A DNA stretch of 64,000 bases, from IMG/VR virus record IMGVR_UViG_3300025320_000152, positions 1 to 64,000 of that record. The stretch is one strand, 5' to 3'. Below, piece by piece: positions 38,917-47,456 of this stretch. This DNA comes from a virus. Taxonomy: Duplodnaviria > Caudoviricetes. Position 1 is the stretch's first letter; each line of letters begins with the position of its first letter. Under the pieces are notes generated by a model. It saw only the letters and a list, made by a program, of their open reading frames with translations, had not been told where the DNA came from and made no database searches. Position numbers and translations under genes: made by a program.

Positions 38917-41088
38917 GTGGCCAGTGCGATCACGGGTACGCCGAATCTCTCGGCAAGCCCCACCAACTACTCCGGCAGCAACAGCATGCTGACGCCGGCG
39001 ATCCAGACCATCTGGTCCAAGGAAATCCTCAACGCCGTTCGGTAGGGGACCCCGTCGGGCGACCGGCGGGTAAACACCACGCTGTATCGGTGAACCCCTC
39101 TGCAGTTCGGCAGGGGAATACCGAGGGAACCTAGCGCCTAGGACTCCGTAGAGACTACACGCGAGGCATCTCCCATAGATTCGACCGCCAGGCGCTCACG
39201 CGGCCGAGACTGGAGATGAAGATATAGTCCGACCTGCACCGATAGTAAAGGTGCAGAGGCTGGCAGAAATGACCAGCCCCCGCCGATCGGCCGGGTAACA
39301 AAGTGCTTCCAGGCGATGCCGATCCTCAGGTTCGAGCAGTTCGCTGTCAAGAAGACCGAGCTCGGGGTAGCTCCCGGTCTCACCATCAACTTCATGCGGT
39401 CGATTCTCGGGCTCTCAGGTGCCCGTTGTGCCGCCTGACACGGTGACGTGTCAGTGAAAACCACGCTGTATCGGTGAACCCCACCGCTGCGCCACCGGGG
39501 AATACCGAGGCAACCCGTACCGGGGAGTCCGTAGAGACTACACGCGAGGCGCACTCCGATAGGACTGGAAGGCCGGTATAGCCGACCGGGACTGGAGTCG
39601 AAGATATAGTCCGATCTGCATCGATGGCAAAGATGCAGAGGCTGGCAGAAATGACCAGCCCGCTCCGGCCCTGTCCGGAGCGGTAACAGAAGTGACAACA
39701 ACCTGGGTGATGCGTCGCAGCTCGTCGAGGGCGTGCGCATGACCACCAACGCCCTCACGGCGTCGCAGTTCAGCATCACCGTGGCAGAGCAAGGCTACGC
39801 CGTGGCGGTCACCGAACTGCTGCTCAACGCCTCGTTCGACGACGTCATGGCGAGCGCCAGCCGGCTGCTCGGACGCAACATGGCGAAGTACCTCGACAAC
39901 CTGGCGCAGTCGACGCTGCTCCTGGCGACGTCGCTGATCTTCGGGTACTACAAGGACCCGGCCGCGTCGATCACGGCGAACTCGCCGTACGACCTGGGCA
40001 CGGTGGGAACCTCCACCAACACCCTGACGGGCGGGTACTACTTGACCCCGTCGGCGATCCGCGACATCGGGGAGAACCTCGCGACGCTCAACGTTCCGCG
40101 CATCGGTGAGACCTATGTGTGCTTCGTGCACCCTCACCAGTCGCGGCACCTGCGGGAGTCGCCCGAGTGGATCGAAGTCACCAAGTACGCAGCGCCCGGT
40201 CTGCAGCGAGACACCTTCGCACTGGCCGCCTGATCCAGCAATGGATCAGTGAAAAACCCGAGAATTGCTGGAACATCCTGTTAGACCTCAGCGCCACAGC
40301 GTGGGACGAAAGTCCGAGCGCGACGGCTTGAGAAGCTGAGGGTAGGGACAATCAGCAGCCGAGCCCGTCTGGACTAGCTCCGACGGGAAGGTTCACAGAC
40401 TATGTACGGGTCACCCCACGTGGGTGAAGATATAGTCGGAGCTGCATGGAGACATGCAGAGGCTAGCGGAAACGACTGGCCCCGCGTAGCAATACGTGAG
40501 TAACAAGACTGAACTTCATGCTTGGTGAGATCGGCCGGCTGTTCGACACGATTTTTATCGAGACGACGCAGGTTACGCAGCAGACGAACTCGGCAGCGCA
40601 GCAGGTTTACTCTGCGATCGCCATCGGAGACAACGCATTCGGGCACGCCATCAGCCTTCCCGTCGAGCTGAGGGACGGCGGGGTACTCGATTTCGGACGT
40701 GAGCATGCACTTGCCTATCGTAATGACTGGGCCCTCACGGCGTGAGCCGTGAGTGAAAATTCCGAGAATTGCTGGGAAGCCCGTACCACCTGACAGCACC
40801 ACAGCGTGAGTCGAAAGACTGAGCGCGACGGTTCGAGAAGCTGTCAGCAGGGGTTATCAGCAGCCGAGCCCGCCTGGACTAGCTCCGACGGGAAGGTTCA
40901 GAGACTATGTACGGAATACCTCAATAGATTGAGGTAAAGATATAGTCCGATCTGCGTTCGAGAGGCGCAGAGGCTGGCAGAAATGACCAGCCCACTCCGG
41001 ATGACCGGAGGGGTAACAGCGAGGGTACGCGATCTTGGGAATGGGACTGATCACCAACCAGTCCGTCATCGTCTGCCAGACCAACTGA
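38917..41088 (+). CDS. major capsid protein (HK97 fold, N4-gp56-like), spliced: join(38917..39029,39306..39400,39695..40200,40512..40716,41024..41088), 327 aa
   Basis: exons of 113+95+506+205+65 = 984 nt join in frame to MASAITG...WSKEIL|FQAMPILRFEQFAVKKTELG...NFMR|YNNL...KYAAPG|NFMLGEIG...DFGREHALA|WYAI...QTN*. Confidence 0.92.
39030..39305 (+). ncRNA. group I intron 1 (276 nt, no ORF)
   Basis: 5' exon ends in U, intron ends in G; IGS GGUAG-GGGA; P2 GNRA loop; P7 GACUA / UAGUC; GAAGAUAUAGUCC. Confidence 0.9.
39401..39694 (+). ncRNA. group I intron 2 (294 nt, no ORF)
   Basis: IGS GUUGU-GCCGC pairs with the 3' exon ACAAC and the 5' exon GCGGU (U-G); CGUAGAGACUA; GAAGAUAUAGUCC; terminal G. 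Confidence 0.92.
40201..40511 (+). ncRNA. group I intron 3 (311 nt, no ORF)
   Basis: GAAUUGCUGG / AUCAGCAG P4; GGUUCACAGACUA; GAAGAUAUAGUCG; P2 GCAA loop; U|...G| boundaries restore KYAAPG-NFMLGE. Confidence 0.9.
40717..41023 (+). ncRNA. group I intron 4 (307 nt, no ORF)
   Basis: GAAUUGCUGG / AUCAGCAG; GGUUCAGAGACUA; AAGAUAUAGUCC; IGS ACU-GGGC; U|...G| boundaries restore a Trp codon. Confidence 0.9.
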
Positions 41089-41104
41089 TTCGGAGCTCAT
41101 AACT

Positions 41105-41455
41105 ATGCCGACACAGCGCAAGCGCCCGCAGGATCTCACGGGGCGCCAGACCGAGGCCCTGGCCCGCAAGCGGGACGAGGACGCTTCTCGGGCGGCGGAG
41201 ATCTCCATGGCGACGGCGGCGGCCGAGCGCGAGGAACTGGAGACCGCGGTCATTGACCTCACGGCCAAGCCGGAGATCGAGGACGTCCGTCCGGTCGAGA
41301 TCGCCTCGCCTACCCGCAGGGTGCGTGTCACCGAGGATCTGGAGGACACGATCTTCGGGCACGGGAACTTCTACACCCTGCGGGCCGGCCAGCAGTACGT
41401 GCTGCCGCGTGAATTCGCCGACCACCTCGACCGGCTCGGGTTCGTGCACCACTGA
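41105..41455 (+). CDS. conserved hypothetical protein following the capsid gene
   Basis: KRPQDLTGR; G..Y.LP....DHL...G C-terminal motif. Confidence 0.65.
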   Translation: MPTQRKRPQDLTGRQTEALARKRDEDASRAAEISMATAAAEREELETAVIDLTAKPEIEDVRPVEIASPTRRVRVTEDLEDTIFGHGNFYTLRAGQQYVLPREFADHLDRLGFVHH

Positions 41456-41754
41456 TGGACGCACCCGAGATCGGCGCTTACTACGCGCTGGCCGAGTCAG
41501 CGCGCCTGGGCGAGGGGGACACCGCTCTCCCGCCCGGCGCGCTGGTCAAGGTCGTCAGGGTCGCGCCCCCGGGCGAGCCGGGCGTGGGGCGCAGCGGCCA
41601 CGAGACCGTCATTGCCGAGTACGTCTACGACGTGGCCGGTGTCGACGGGCGCGGGGAGGCTGTGCGAATTTCGCACGTCCGCTACCTGGGTCTTGCCCTG
41701 CCCGCGTTCACCGCGACCTTTACTCCCGCCGAGAGCCCTGAGGGGGTTAGCTGA
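41455..41754 (+). CDS. hypothetical protein
   Basis: ORF overlapping its neighbours by 1 nt. Confidence 0.5.
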   Translation: MDAPEIGAYYALAESARLGEGDTALPPGALVKVVRVAPPGEPGVGRSGHETVIAEYVYDVAGVDGRGEAVRISHVRYLGLALPAFTATFTPAESPEGVS

Positions 41755-42194
41755 TGGCTGGCCAGTTCACGCCCGTGGGCAGTCAGTACGCCTTGGACTA
41801 CCTCTCCGGCACGTTGGACACCAACCTCGCCGGCGGGACGGCGTTCTCGACGTACCTGATGCTGGTCACCGCGCCGCCCTCGAACCTGTCGTCCCTCGCG
41901 ACCTACCCCGAGGTCGCGGCGGCCGGATACGCACGGCAGCCGGTCTCCTGGACAGCGGCGTCGGTCAACTCCTCCGGCGCCTATCAGCTCTCGAACTCGA
42001 CCTCGATCCTGTTCGGTCCGTTCACCGCGGCCTCCGGCATCGGGGCTGCGGCCACCGGTTGCGCGCTGGTGACGACCCTGACCGGGATCATCGGGAAGCC
42101 GCTGATGTACTGGACGTTCTCCACCCCTGGCTCGGCGGGCCAGAACGCCAGCCTGCAGCTGCCGATCGGCGCGCTGACGATGGCGCTGTCGTAA
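41754..42194 (+). CDS. virion structural protein
   Basis: GYARQ.V.W...N...I.FGPF pattern typical of small phage structural proteins. Confidence 0.6.
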   Translation: MAGQFTPVGSQYALDYLSGTLDTNLAGGTAFSTYLMLVTAPPSNLSSLATYPEVAAAGYARQPVSWTAASVNSSGAYQLSNSTSILFGPFTAASGIGAAATGCALVTTLTGIIGKPLMYWTFSTPGSAGQNASLQLPIGALTMALS

Positions 42195-42204
42195 GGGGGC
42201 GGGG

Positions 42205-43020
42205 ATGCAGGAGACGGCGCTGATCGCGCGCATGAGGGCGGAGCTCGGCGACCTCGGCACCCCATTTCAGGACCTTTACACCGGGACGGGCGAGCAGTCG
42301 TACTACGACCTGTCCGAGTCCTCCATCTCGGCGGCGAAGCTGACTGTGAACGTCAACGGCGTCTCGCGGACTCTGGTGGAGGGCGCGGACTACCAGCTGC
42401 TGGCCGCCGAGGGGCGCGTGATCCTGCTCGGGAGCCTCGACCCGCTTCCGCAGGGCGCGGCCCTGGTGGTTTCGGGGCAGGCCTCGGGGATGTTCCTGGA
42501 GGAGGAGCTGGCAGTCTTCGCGCACGAAGCGGTACTGATGCACTGCGACAAGCGGTTCACGCCCACGCGCGTGATGGACGCCCACGGGTTCATTCAGTAC
42601 GTCGATACTCCGATGAGCTTGGCCACCCTCCCGGAGATCGAGGAGCTGCCGCTCGCGCTGCTGGCTGTGGCCAACGCGTTGTGGGCGTTGGCGACGGATG
42701 CGGCGTCCGACGTCGACATCATCACCGTCGAGGGCACGCATGTGCCGCGCAGCCAGAGGTTCGAGCAGCTGATGGCGCAGATTGACGCCGTCAGTGCCCG
42801 GTACCGGGACTACTGCGCGCAGCTCAACATCGGGTTCTGGCGTATCGAGGTGGTGGAGCTGCGACGCGTCAGCCGCACTACCAGCAGGTTGATACCCATC
42901 TACAGGGAGCGCGAGTACGACGACTACGGCCTCGCTGTCAGGCAGCTGCCACCGACCAACCACCGCAACGACGACGACAGCGACATCGCCAACCCAGGCT
43001 TCGGTGGAGGTTGGTGGTAG
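42205..43020 (+). CDS. head-tail adaptor/connector
   Basis: position after capsid; R.ELGD, D.DI...EG..VPRSQRF.QL. Confidence 0.6.
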   Translation: MQETALIARMRAELGDLGTPFQDLYTGTGEQSYYDLSESSISAAKLTVNVNGVSRTLVEGADYQLLAAEGRVILLGSLDPLPQGAALVVSGQASGMFLEEELAVFAHEAVLMHCDKRFTPTRVMDAHGFIQYVDTPMSLATLPEIEELPLALLAVANALWALATDAASDVDIITVEGTHVPRSQRFEQLMAQIDAVSARYRDYCAQLNIGFWRIEVVELRRVSRTTSRLIPIYREREYDDYGLAVRQLPPTNHRNDDDSDIANPGFGGGWW

Positions 43021-43023
43021 GTC

Positions 43024-43563
43024 ATGGGGCGCGTGGACTTCAAGCGGGGCAGGTTCGGGATCGGGTTGGAGACCAGGTCGATCGAGCAGGGGCTGCGCGG
43101 CTGGCAGTCGCTGACCGGCGACCTGGTCGACTACTGGCGGTTCCTGCGCGAGGACTCCACCGCGGATCCGGTGTACGACGAGGGCTCGGGCGCCGGGAAG
43201 GTCTACTCGGGCCCGATCCCGTTGCCGTGCCTGCACGTGGTGCACCTGCAAGGGGACGACCTGGCCGGCGGGACCGTCGGGTTCTACAGCACCGACACCC
43301 TGACGGTGACGGTGGCGTTCCGGCAGTTCCAGCGCACGGGGATGTACCTGGCGGATGTCAGGGACGAGATGTACCTGAGGGACCGGATGACGTATGACCG
43401 CAAGGTCTTCAGGATCGTGCGGATCACGGCGCTCGGCCAGATCCAGCGCGCCGATCTCATTCTGCAGATCGAGGGCGCGCAGGTGAACGCGGACGAGTTG
43501 GTGGACGACGCGCAGTTCGCGGCGTGGAGCACGGACGTCGACAACAACAACACAAGTAGTTAA
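43024..43563 (+). CDS. head closure/stopper protein
   Basis: DPVYDEG, L.DR..YD..VFR; position. Confidence 0.55.
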   Translation: MGRVDFKRGRFGIGLETRSIEQGLRGWQSLTGDLVDYWRFLREDSTADPVYDEGSGAGKVYSGPIPLPCLHVVHLQGDDLAGGTVGFYSTDTLTVTVAFRQFQRTGMYLADVRDEMYLRDRMTYDRKVFRIVRITALGQIQRADLILQIEGAQVNADELVDDAQFAAWSTDVDNNNTSS

Positions 43564-43638
43564 CACACGTAGATGCACTCAGTAGATGCTGGAAGCGCGA
43601 ACAACAAGCGCCTATAGCAAGCTAAGGAGGGCCCTGAC

Positions 43639-44241
43639 GTGTCGCTGCTCTACATCACCGACGAGGCCCTCAAGCTCAAGCTGCAGGGACTGACCGTCTC
43701 GGACGCCAACGAGGATGCGCGTTCGGTACCGGTGAGATACAGGACGCCGGAGAACGAGCTGGCCGACCAGGTCTTCCCGGTCATCGTGATCGAGAACAAC
43801 GGCTACGCGCAGGACCCCACGCGGGCGCACTCCGGGTACATCCCGCTCAACTACGCCCCCGAGGGCTACGCCCCGGTGGACGCGGGCGGCTGGCGCTTCA
43901 CCGAGACGCCGCTGCCGCTGAACGTCGACTACACCGTCACCCTCTACACCCGCAAGGCGCTGCACCGCACCGCGCTGGTCGGCGCCATGGCCGCGTTCGC
44001 GTACCTCCCCGGCCGGCTCGGATTCCTGGAAGTCGCCGGCGACGGGACGCTGCGGCGCCTGGAGGTCATCGGCGGACCCACCCTCTCGACCGCCCGCGAC
44101 GCGCAGGGCAAGCGGCTGCTCACGGCGCTCTGGCGTCTTCGTACCACCGCAGAACTCATCTGGGCCCCCTTGGACGCGGTGCGTGAGACCACCGCAGTGG
44201 ATCTGACCGTCGCGCCGATCGGCGCGACCATGACCGAGTAA
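43639..44241 (+). CDS. tail terminator/completion protein
   Basis: D.ALK.KLQG.TV.D, PV.Y..PE; immediately upstream of sheath. Confidence 0.55.
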   Translation: MSLLYITDEALKLKLQGLTVSDANEDARSVPVRYRTPENELADQVFPVIVIENNGYAQDPTRAHSGYIPLNYAPEGYAPVDAGGWRFTETPLPLNVDYTVTLYTRKALHRTALVGAMAAFAYLPGRLGFLEVAGDGTLRRLEVIGGPTLSTARDAQGKRLLTALWRLRTTAELIWAPLDAVRETTAVDLTVAPIGATMTE

Positions 44242-44253
44242 GGGAGCCTGACT

Positions 44254-45786
44254 GTGGCGACTCTTGGACGCCCAGGCGTTTACATCTCTGAGACGCTTAC
44301 CCCGCTGACCTCGACTGCGACCTCAAGCAGCACAGCGGTGGCGGCGTTCGTGGGCGGCGCGAGCTACGGCCCGGTGGGGCCGAACTGGGTGACCTCCTGG
44401 TCCCAGTACTCCTCGACGTACAACGGCTTCGGCAACGGCGTCGACCTGCTGCCCTATGCCGTCTACAACTACTTCGCCAACGGCGGCACGGGCTGCTACA
44501 TCGTGCGCGCGGTGTCCTCGGACGCGACGGCCGCGACGCTGACCATCAACGACACCGAGACCACCCCGGCGCCGCTGGTGACGCTGACCTCCAAGGCCGT
44601 GGGGACGTTCGCGAACGAGATCTACGTCGCGATCACCGCGACCAGCGCGGGCCGGTTCAACATGACCATCTCGGTGGGCTCGGCCGCGAACATCGTGGAC
44701 CAGTACACGGACGTGACGTTCAACCCCACGGATGCGCGCTACCTCATCCCGATGATCAACTCGCCGATCAGCGGGTCCTCGACGGTGAGCGCCGCGTACA
44801 CCAGCGCGATCTCCCCCTGGACCGTCCTGCAGACCCCTGCGACGCTCGCCGCGACTCCGTTGACGGGAGGTACGGCCGGCACCACGGCGAACATCAACTA
44901 CGTCACGAGCACGGAGTTGCTCTCGACGATCGCGAGCCCGCTGCTGGTCAACTTGCCGGGCATCGGGACGTACACAGTCATCAACGCGCTGCTGGCGTGG
45001 GCGGCGGCGCAGAGCGACGTGATGATCATCGTGGACGCGCCGCAGGCGGGTTCGACGTATGCGGCGACCCTCGCCTCCTACCTGGCGCTCGCGCCGTCGG
45101 CGAGCTCCGGCAACCCGTACAGCAACAGCTCCTTCGGCGCGATGTACGGGCCGTGGCTCGTGTGCTCGGACCCGAGCTCGCTCGCGTCGGGAGCTGTGCG
45201 CACGCTGCCGCCGGGCGGCGCCGTACTCGGGCAGTTCTGTGTCAATGATGCGGTGGCAGGGCCTTACCAGACTCCGGCCGGTACGCAGACCACCCTCGCG
45301 AACGTCGTGGGCGTGGACACGACGTTCCAGCTCAACGACCTCGACTCGCTGAACGAGGCAGGCATCGACATCATCCGGCCGATCCCCGGCTACGGGTACT
45401 GCATCGTGGGCGGCCGGACCCTGAACTACAACATGCCCAGCCGGTACATCTCGATCCGCAGGAACCTGATCTACATCGAGACGCTGCTGTCCCAGGTGGT
45501 GCAGTGGGCGCTGTTCCAGCCCAACACCCCCGTCCTGTGGGCGAAGCTCAGCTCAGTCATCTCGCAGAACCTCCAAGGGCTGATGCAGGCCGGTTACCTC
45601 GCCTCCACTTCGGCCGCCTCGGCGTACTACGTGACTTGCGACGCGAGCAACAACACGGCCTCGACCGTCGCGGCGGGCCAGGTGAACATCACGGTCGGTG
45701 TGGCCTTGGCCGCGCCGGCTGAGTACATCGTGATCAGCATCGGCTTGTTCGACACCACGACCTCGACTTCCTCGTCTCTGGCCTGA
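44254..45786 (+). CDS. tail sheath protein
   Basis: RPGVYISE N-terminus; LN..GI..IR..PG.G..I.GGRTL; YISIRR; ALFQPN...LW; PAEYIVI. Confidence 0.93.
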   Translation: MATLGRPGVYISETLTPLTSTATSSSTAVAAFVGGASYGPVGPNWVTSWSQYSSTYNGFGNGVDLLPYAVYNYFANGGTGCYIVRAVSSDATAATLTINDTETTPAPLVTLTSKAVGTFANEIYVAITATSAGRFNMTISVGSAANIVDQYTDVTFNPTDARYLIPMINSPISGSSTVSAAYTSAISPWTVLQTPATLAATPLTGGTAGTTANINYVTSTELLSTIASPLLVNLPGIGTYTVINALLAWAAAQSDVMIIVDAPQAGSTYAATLASYLALAPSASSGNPYSNSSFGAMYGPWLVCSDPSSLASGAVRTLPPGGAVLGQFCVNDAVAGPYQTPAGTQTTLANVVGVDTTFQLNDLDSLNEAGIDIIRPIPGYGYCIVGGRTLNYNMPSRYISIRRNLIYIETLLSQVVQWALFQPNTPVLWAKLSSVISQNLQGLMQAGYLASTSAASAYYVTCDASNNTASTVAAGQVNITVGVALAAPAEYIVISIGLFDTTTSTSSSLA

Positions 45787-45820
45787 TCCGGCGCATCTAC
45801 ACACTGATAGGAGCGCCGCA

Positions 45821-46408
45821 ATGGCCTACACCGTCTCGCAGCAGCCATCGATCGCCCAGTACCTGACAGACCCTCTGAGGGCGTTCAAGTTCCACGTGAT
45901 CATCGGCGGTTCGCTGATGACCGCGACCAATCCGTCCACGAACGTGGCCCTCGGATTCATGAGTGTGTCAGGACTCGGAGTCCAGACGGACATCATCAGT
46001 TACCGTCAAGGTGGCTACAACACAACGACCCAGAAAATGCCTGGTCAGAGCGATTTCGGGCCGATCGTTCTGCAGAAGGGTGTCATCTGCGGCGACGCGA
46101 ATCCTATGTCGTGGCTGAACCAGACCTTCCAGGTTCAGCAGGGTTCTGGCAACTGGAACAACACCCAGGACTTCCGCGCGAACGTGGACATCTTGGTCAT
46201 CGACCACCCGGTCACGACACCGACGGCCATGGTCAAGGCGGCCTTCAGGATCTACAACGCTTGGCCTACGCAGGTTTCTTTCAATGACCTCGACGCGGCT
46301 AACAACATGTTTATGGTCTCGCAACTCACGCTCGCCCACGAGGGGTGGGCGGTCAACTTCGCGCCCGCGCCGGGCGGCAACTCCAGCGCTACCCCGATCA
46401 CCAACTGA
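45821..46408 (+). CDS. tail tube protein (T4 gp19-like)
   Basis: DPLRAFKF, GFMSVSGL, YRQGG, KMPGQSDFGPIVL.KG, IYNAWP, L.HEGW. Confidence 0.9.
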   Translation: MAYTVSQQPSIAQYLTDPLRAFKFHVIIGGSLMTATNPSTNVALGFMSVSGLGVQTDIISYRQGGYNTTTQKMPGQSDFGPIVLQKGVICGDANPMSWLNQTFQVQQGSGNWNNTQDFRANVDILVIDHPVTTPTAMVKAAFRIYNAWPTQVSFNDLDAANNMFMVSQLTLAHEGWAVNFAPAPGGNSSATPITN

Positions 46409-46432
46409 CCCCGAACCCGACAAGGACTTGTC

Positions 46433-47296
46433 ATGGACTACAACTACGGATCCTTCGACGCGTTCTCCGACGCCCAGGGCGGCGAGAGCGTCTCGGCGAT
46501 CGAGGACCCGCAGGGGGCGAACGCGGCCCTCGCGACCCTGTTCACCGACGAGCCCATGCCCGAGCCGCCGATCCCCGGACAGGACTACACCACCCTGCCG
46601 GTGGGCCTGGAGCGCGACGGGCAGCGCCACCGTGAGGCGCGGGTGCGCGAGCTCACGGGCGCGGACGAGGAGGAGATCTCCCGGGCTGGGAGTGACCCGC
46701 TGCGCTACTTCGAGGCGATCCTCAAGGCCGGGGCGGTCTCGGTCGGCCCCTACCCGGCGGACGAGAAGCTGCTGCTGGAGCTGGCCATCGCCGACCGCGA
46801 CACGCTCCTGCTCGCGATCCGGCGCGCCACCTTTGGCGACGAGCTCGGCTGGGTCGGATACGAGTGCCCGAGCTGCCACAGCCTGTCGGACCTGAAGATC
46901 CCGCTGGACGAGATCGAGATCCGCGAGGTGCCCGAGGGATTGGAGCCCGAGTTCGTCGTCGCGCTGCGCAGCGCCTACGCCCTGATGCGCCTGCCCACCG
47001 GTGAGGACCAGAAGGCGCTGTTCGCGCGTGAGGATCTCAACCAGGCCGAGCGCAACTCGATCCTGCTCGGGCGCTGCCTGGTGGAGATGACCCGTATGCC
47101 GTCGGGGCCGGATGCCGTCACCGTGACGGGGTCGCTGAAGCTGGCCAAGTCGATGGGCCTGGCGGACCGCCAACTGCTCCTCGAAGGCCTCGACACGCAC
47201 AGCTATGGCCCGCAGTTCGAGAAGTACTCGATCATCCACGAGGCGTGCGGCGAGGAAGTGCGGGTGCCGATCAGCGTGGGGGCGATGTTTCGCTGA
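46433..47296 (+). CDS. tail assembly chaperone / baseplate-hub assembly protein
   Basis: VRELTGADEE, DRD.LLLAIRR.TFG, CPSC, LPTG.DQ; between tube and tape measure. Confidence 0.75.
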   Translation: MDYNYGSFDAFSDAQGGESVSAIEDPQGANAALATLFTDEPMPEPPIPGQDYTTLPVGLERDGQRHREARVRELTGADEEEISRAGSDPLRYFEAILKAGAVSVGPYPADEKLLLELAIADRDTLLLAIRRATFGDELGWVGYECPSCHSLSDLKIPLDEIEIREVPEGLEPEFVVALRSAYALMRLPTGEDQKALFAREDLNQAERNSILLGRCLVEMTRMPSGPDAVTVTGSLKLAKSMGLADRQLLLEGLDTHSYGPQFEKYSIIHEACGEEVRVPISVGAMFR

Positions 47297-47456
47297 CGTC
47301 GACGCGCTCCAGGCGCTGCGCGAGTATCGCGAGCTCGCGGCGGTTCAGCAGGGATGGAGCCTGAGGGATATCAAGGCACTGCCGGTGCGTGAGCGCTGGT
47401 GGTGGGTGAGTACGGCCCGTTGGAGCGCGGAGAGGAGGGCGGCGGGCGATGGCTGA
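47292..47456 (+). CDS. start-less ORF, probable frameshift extension of the chaperone
   Basis: GWSL.DIKALPVRER..W motif; no usable in-frame start; begins at TTT CGC TGA. Confidence 0.55.
   Translation, partial: ADVDALQALREYRELAAVQQGWSLRDIKALPVRERWWWVSTARWSAERRAAGDG

Noticed and set aside
39253-40993. Repeated 27-mer as a CRISPR array
   Set aside because: Spacing is irregular (hundreds of nt), the copies are intron structural domains, and no cas genes are present.
39401-41023. In-frame skipping of exons 3+4 (711 nt) as an alternative capsid isoform
   Set aside because: Arithmetically in frame, but it would remove most of the fold and needs a chimeric splice with no support in the sequence.
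38917-41088. Capsid gene as a pseudogene or assembly error
   Set aside because: The inserts are structured, mutually homologous, have U|...G| ends, and their removal restores the frame exactly (984 nt).
39138-41349. Minus-strand ORFs across the introns (39138-39779, 39538-40149, 40374-40802, 40921-41349) as homing endonucleases
   Set aside because: They are antisense, span exon/intron boundaries and have no endonuclease motifs.
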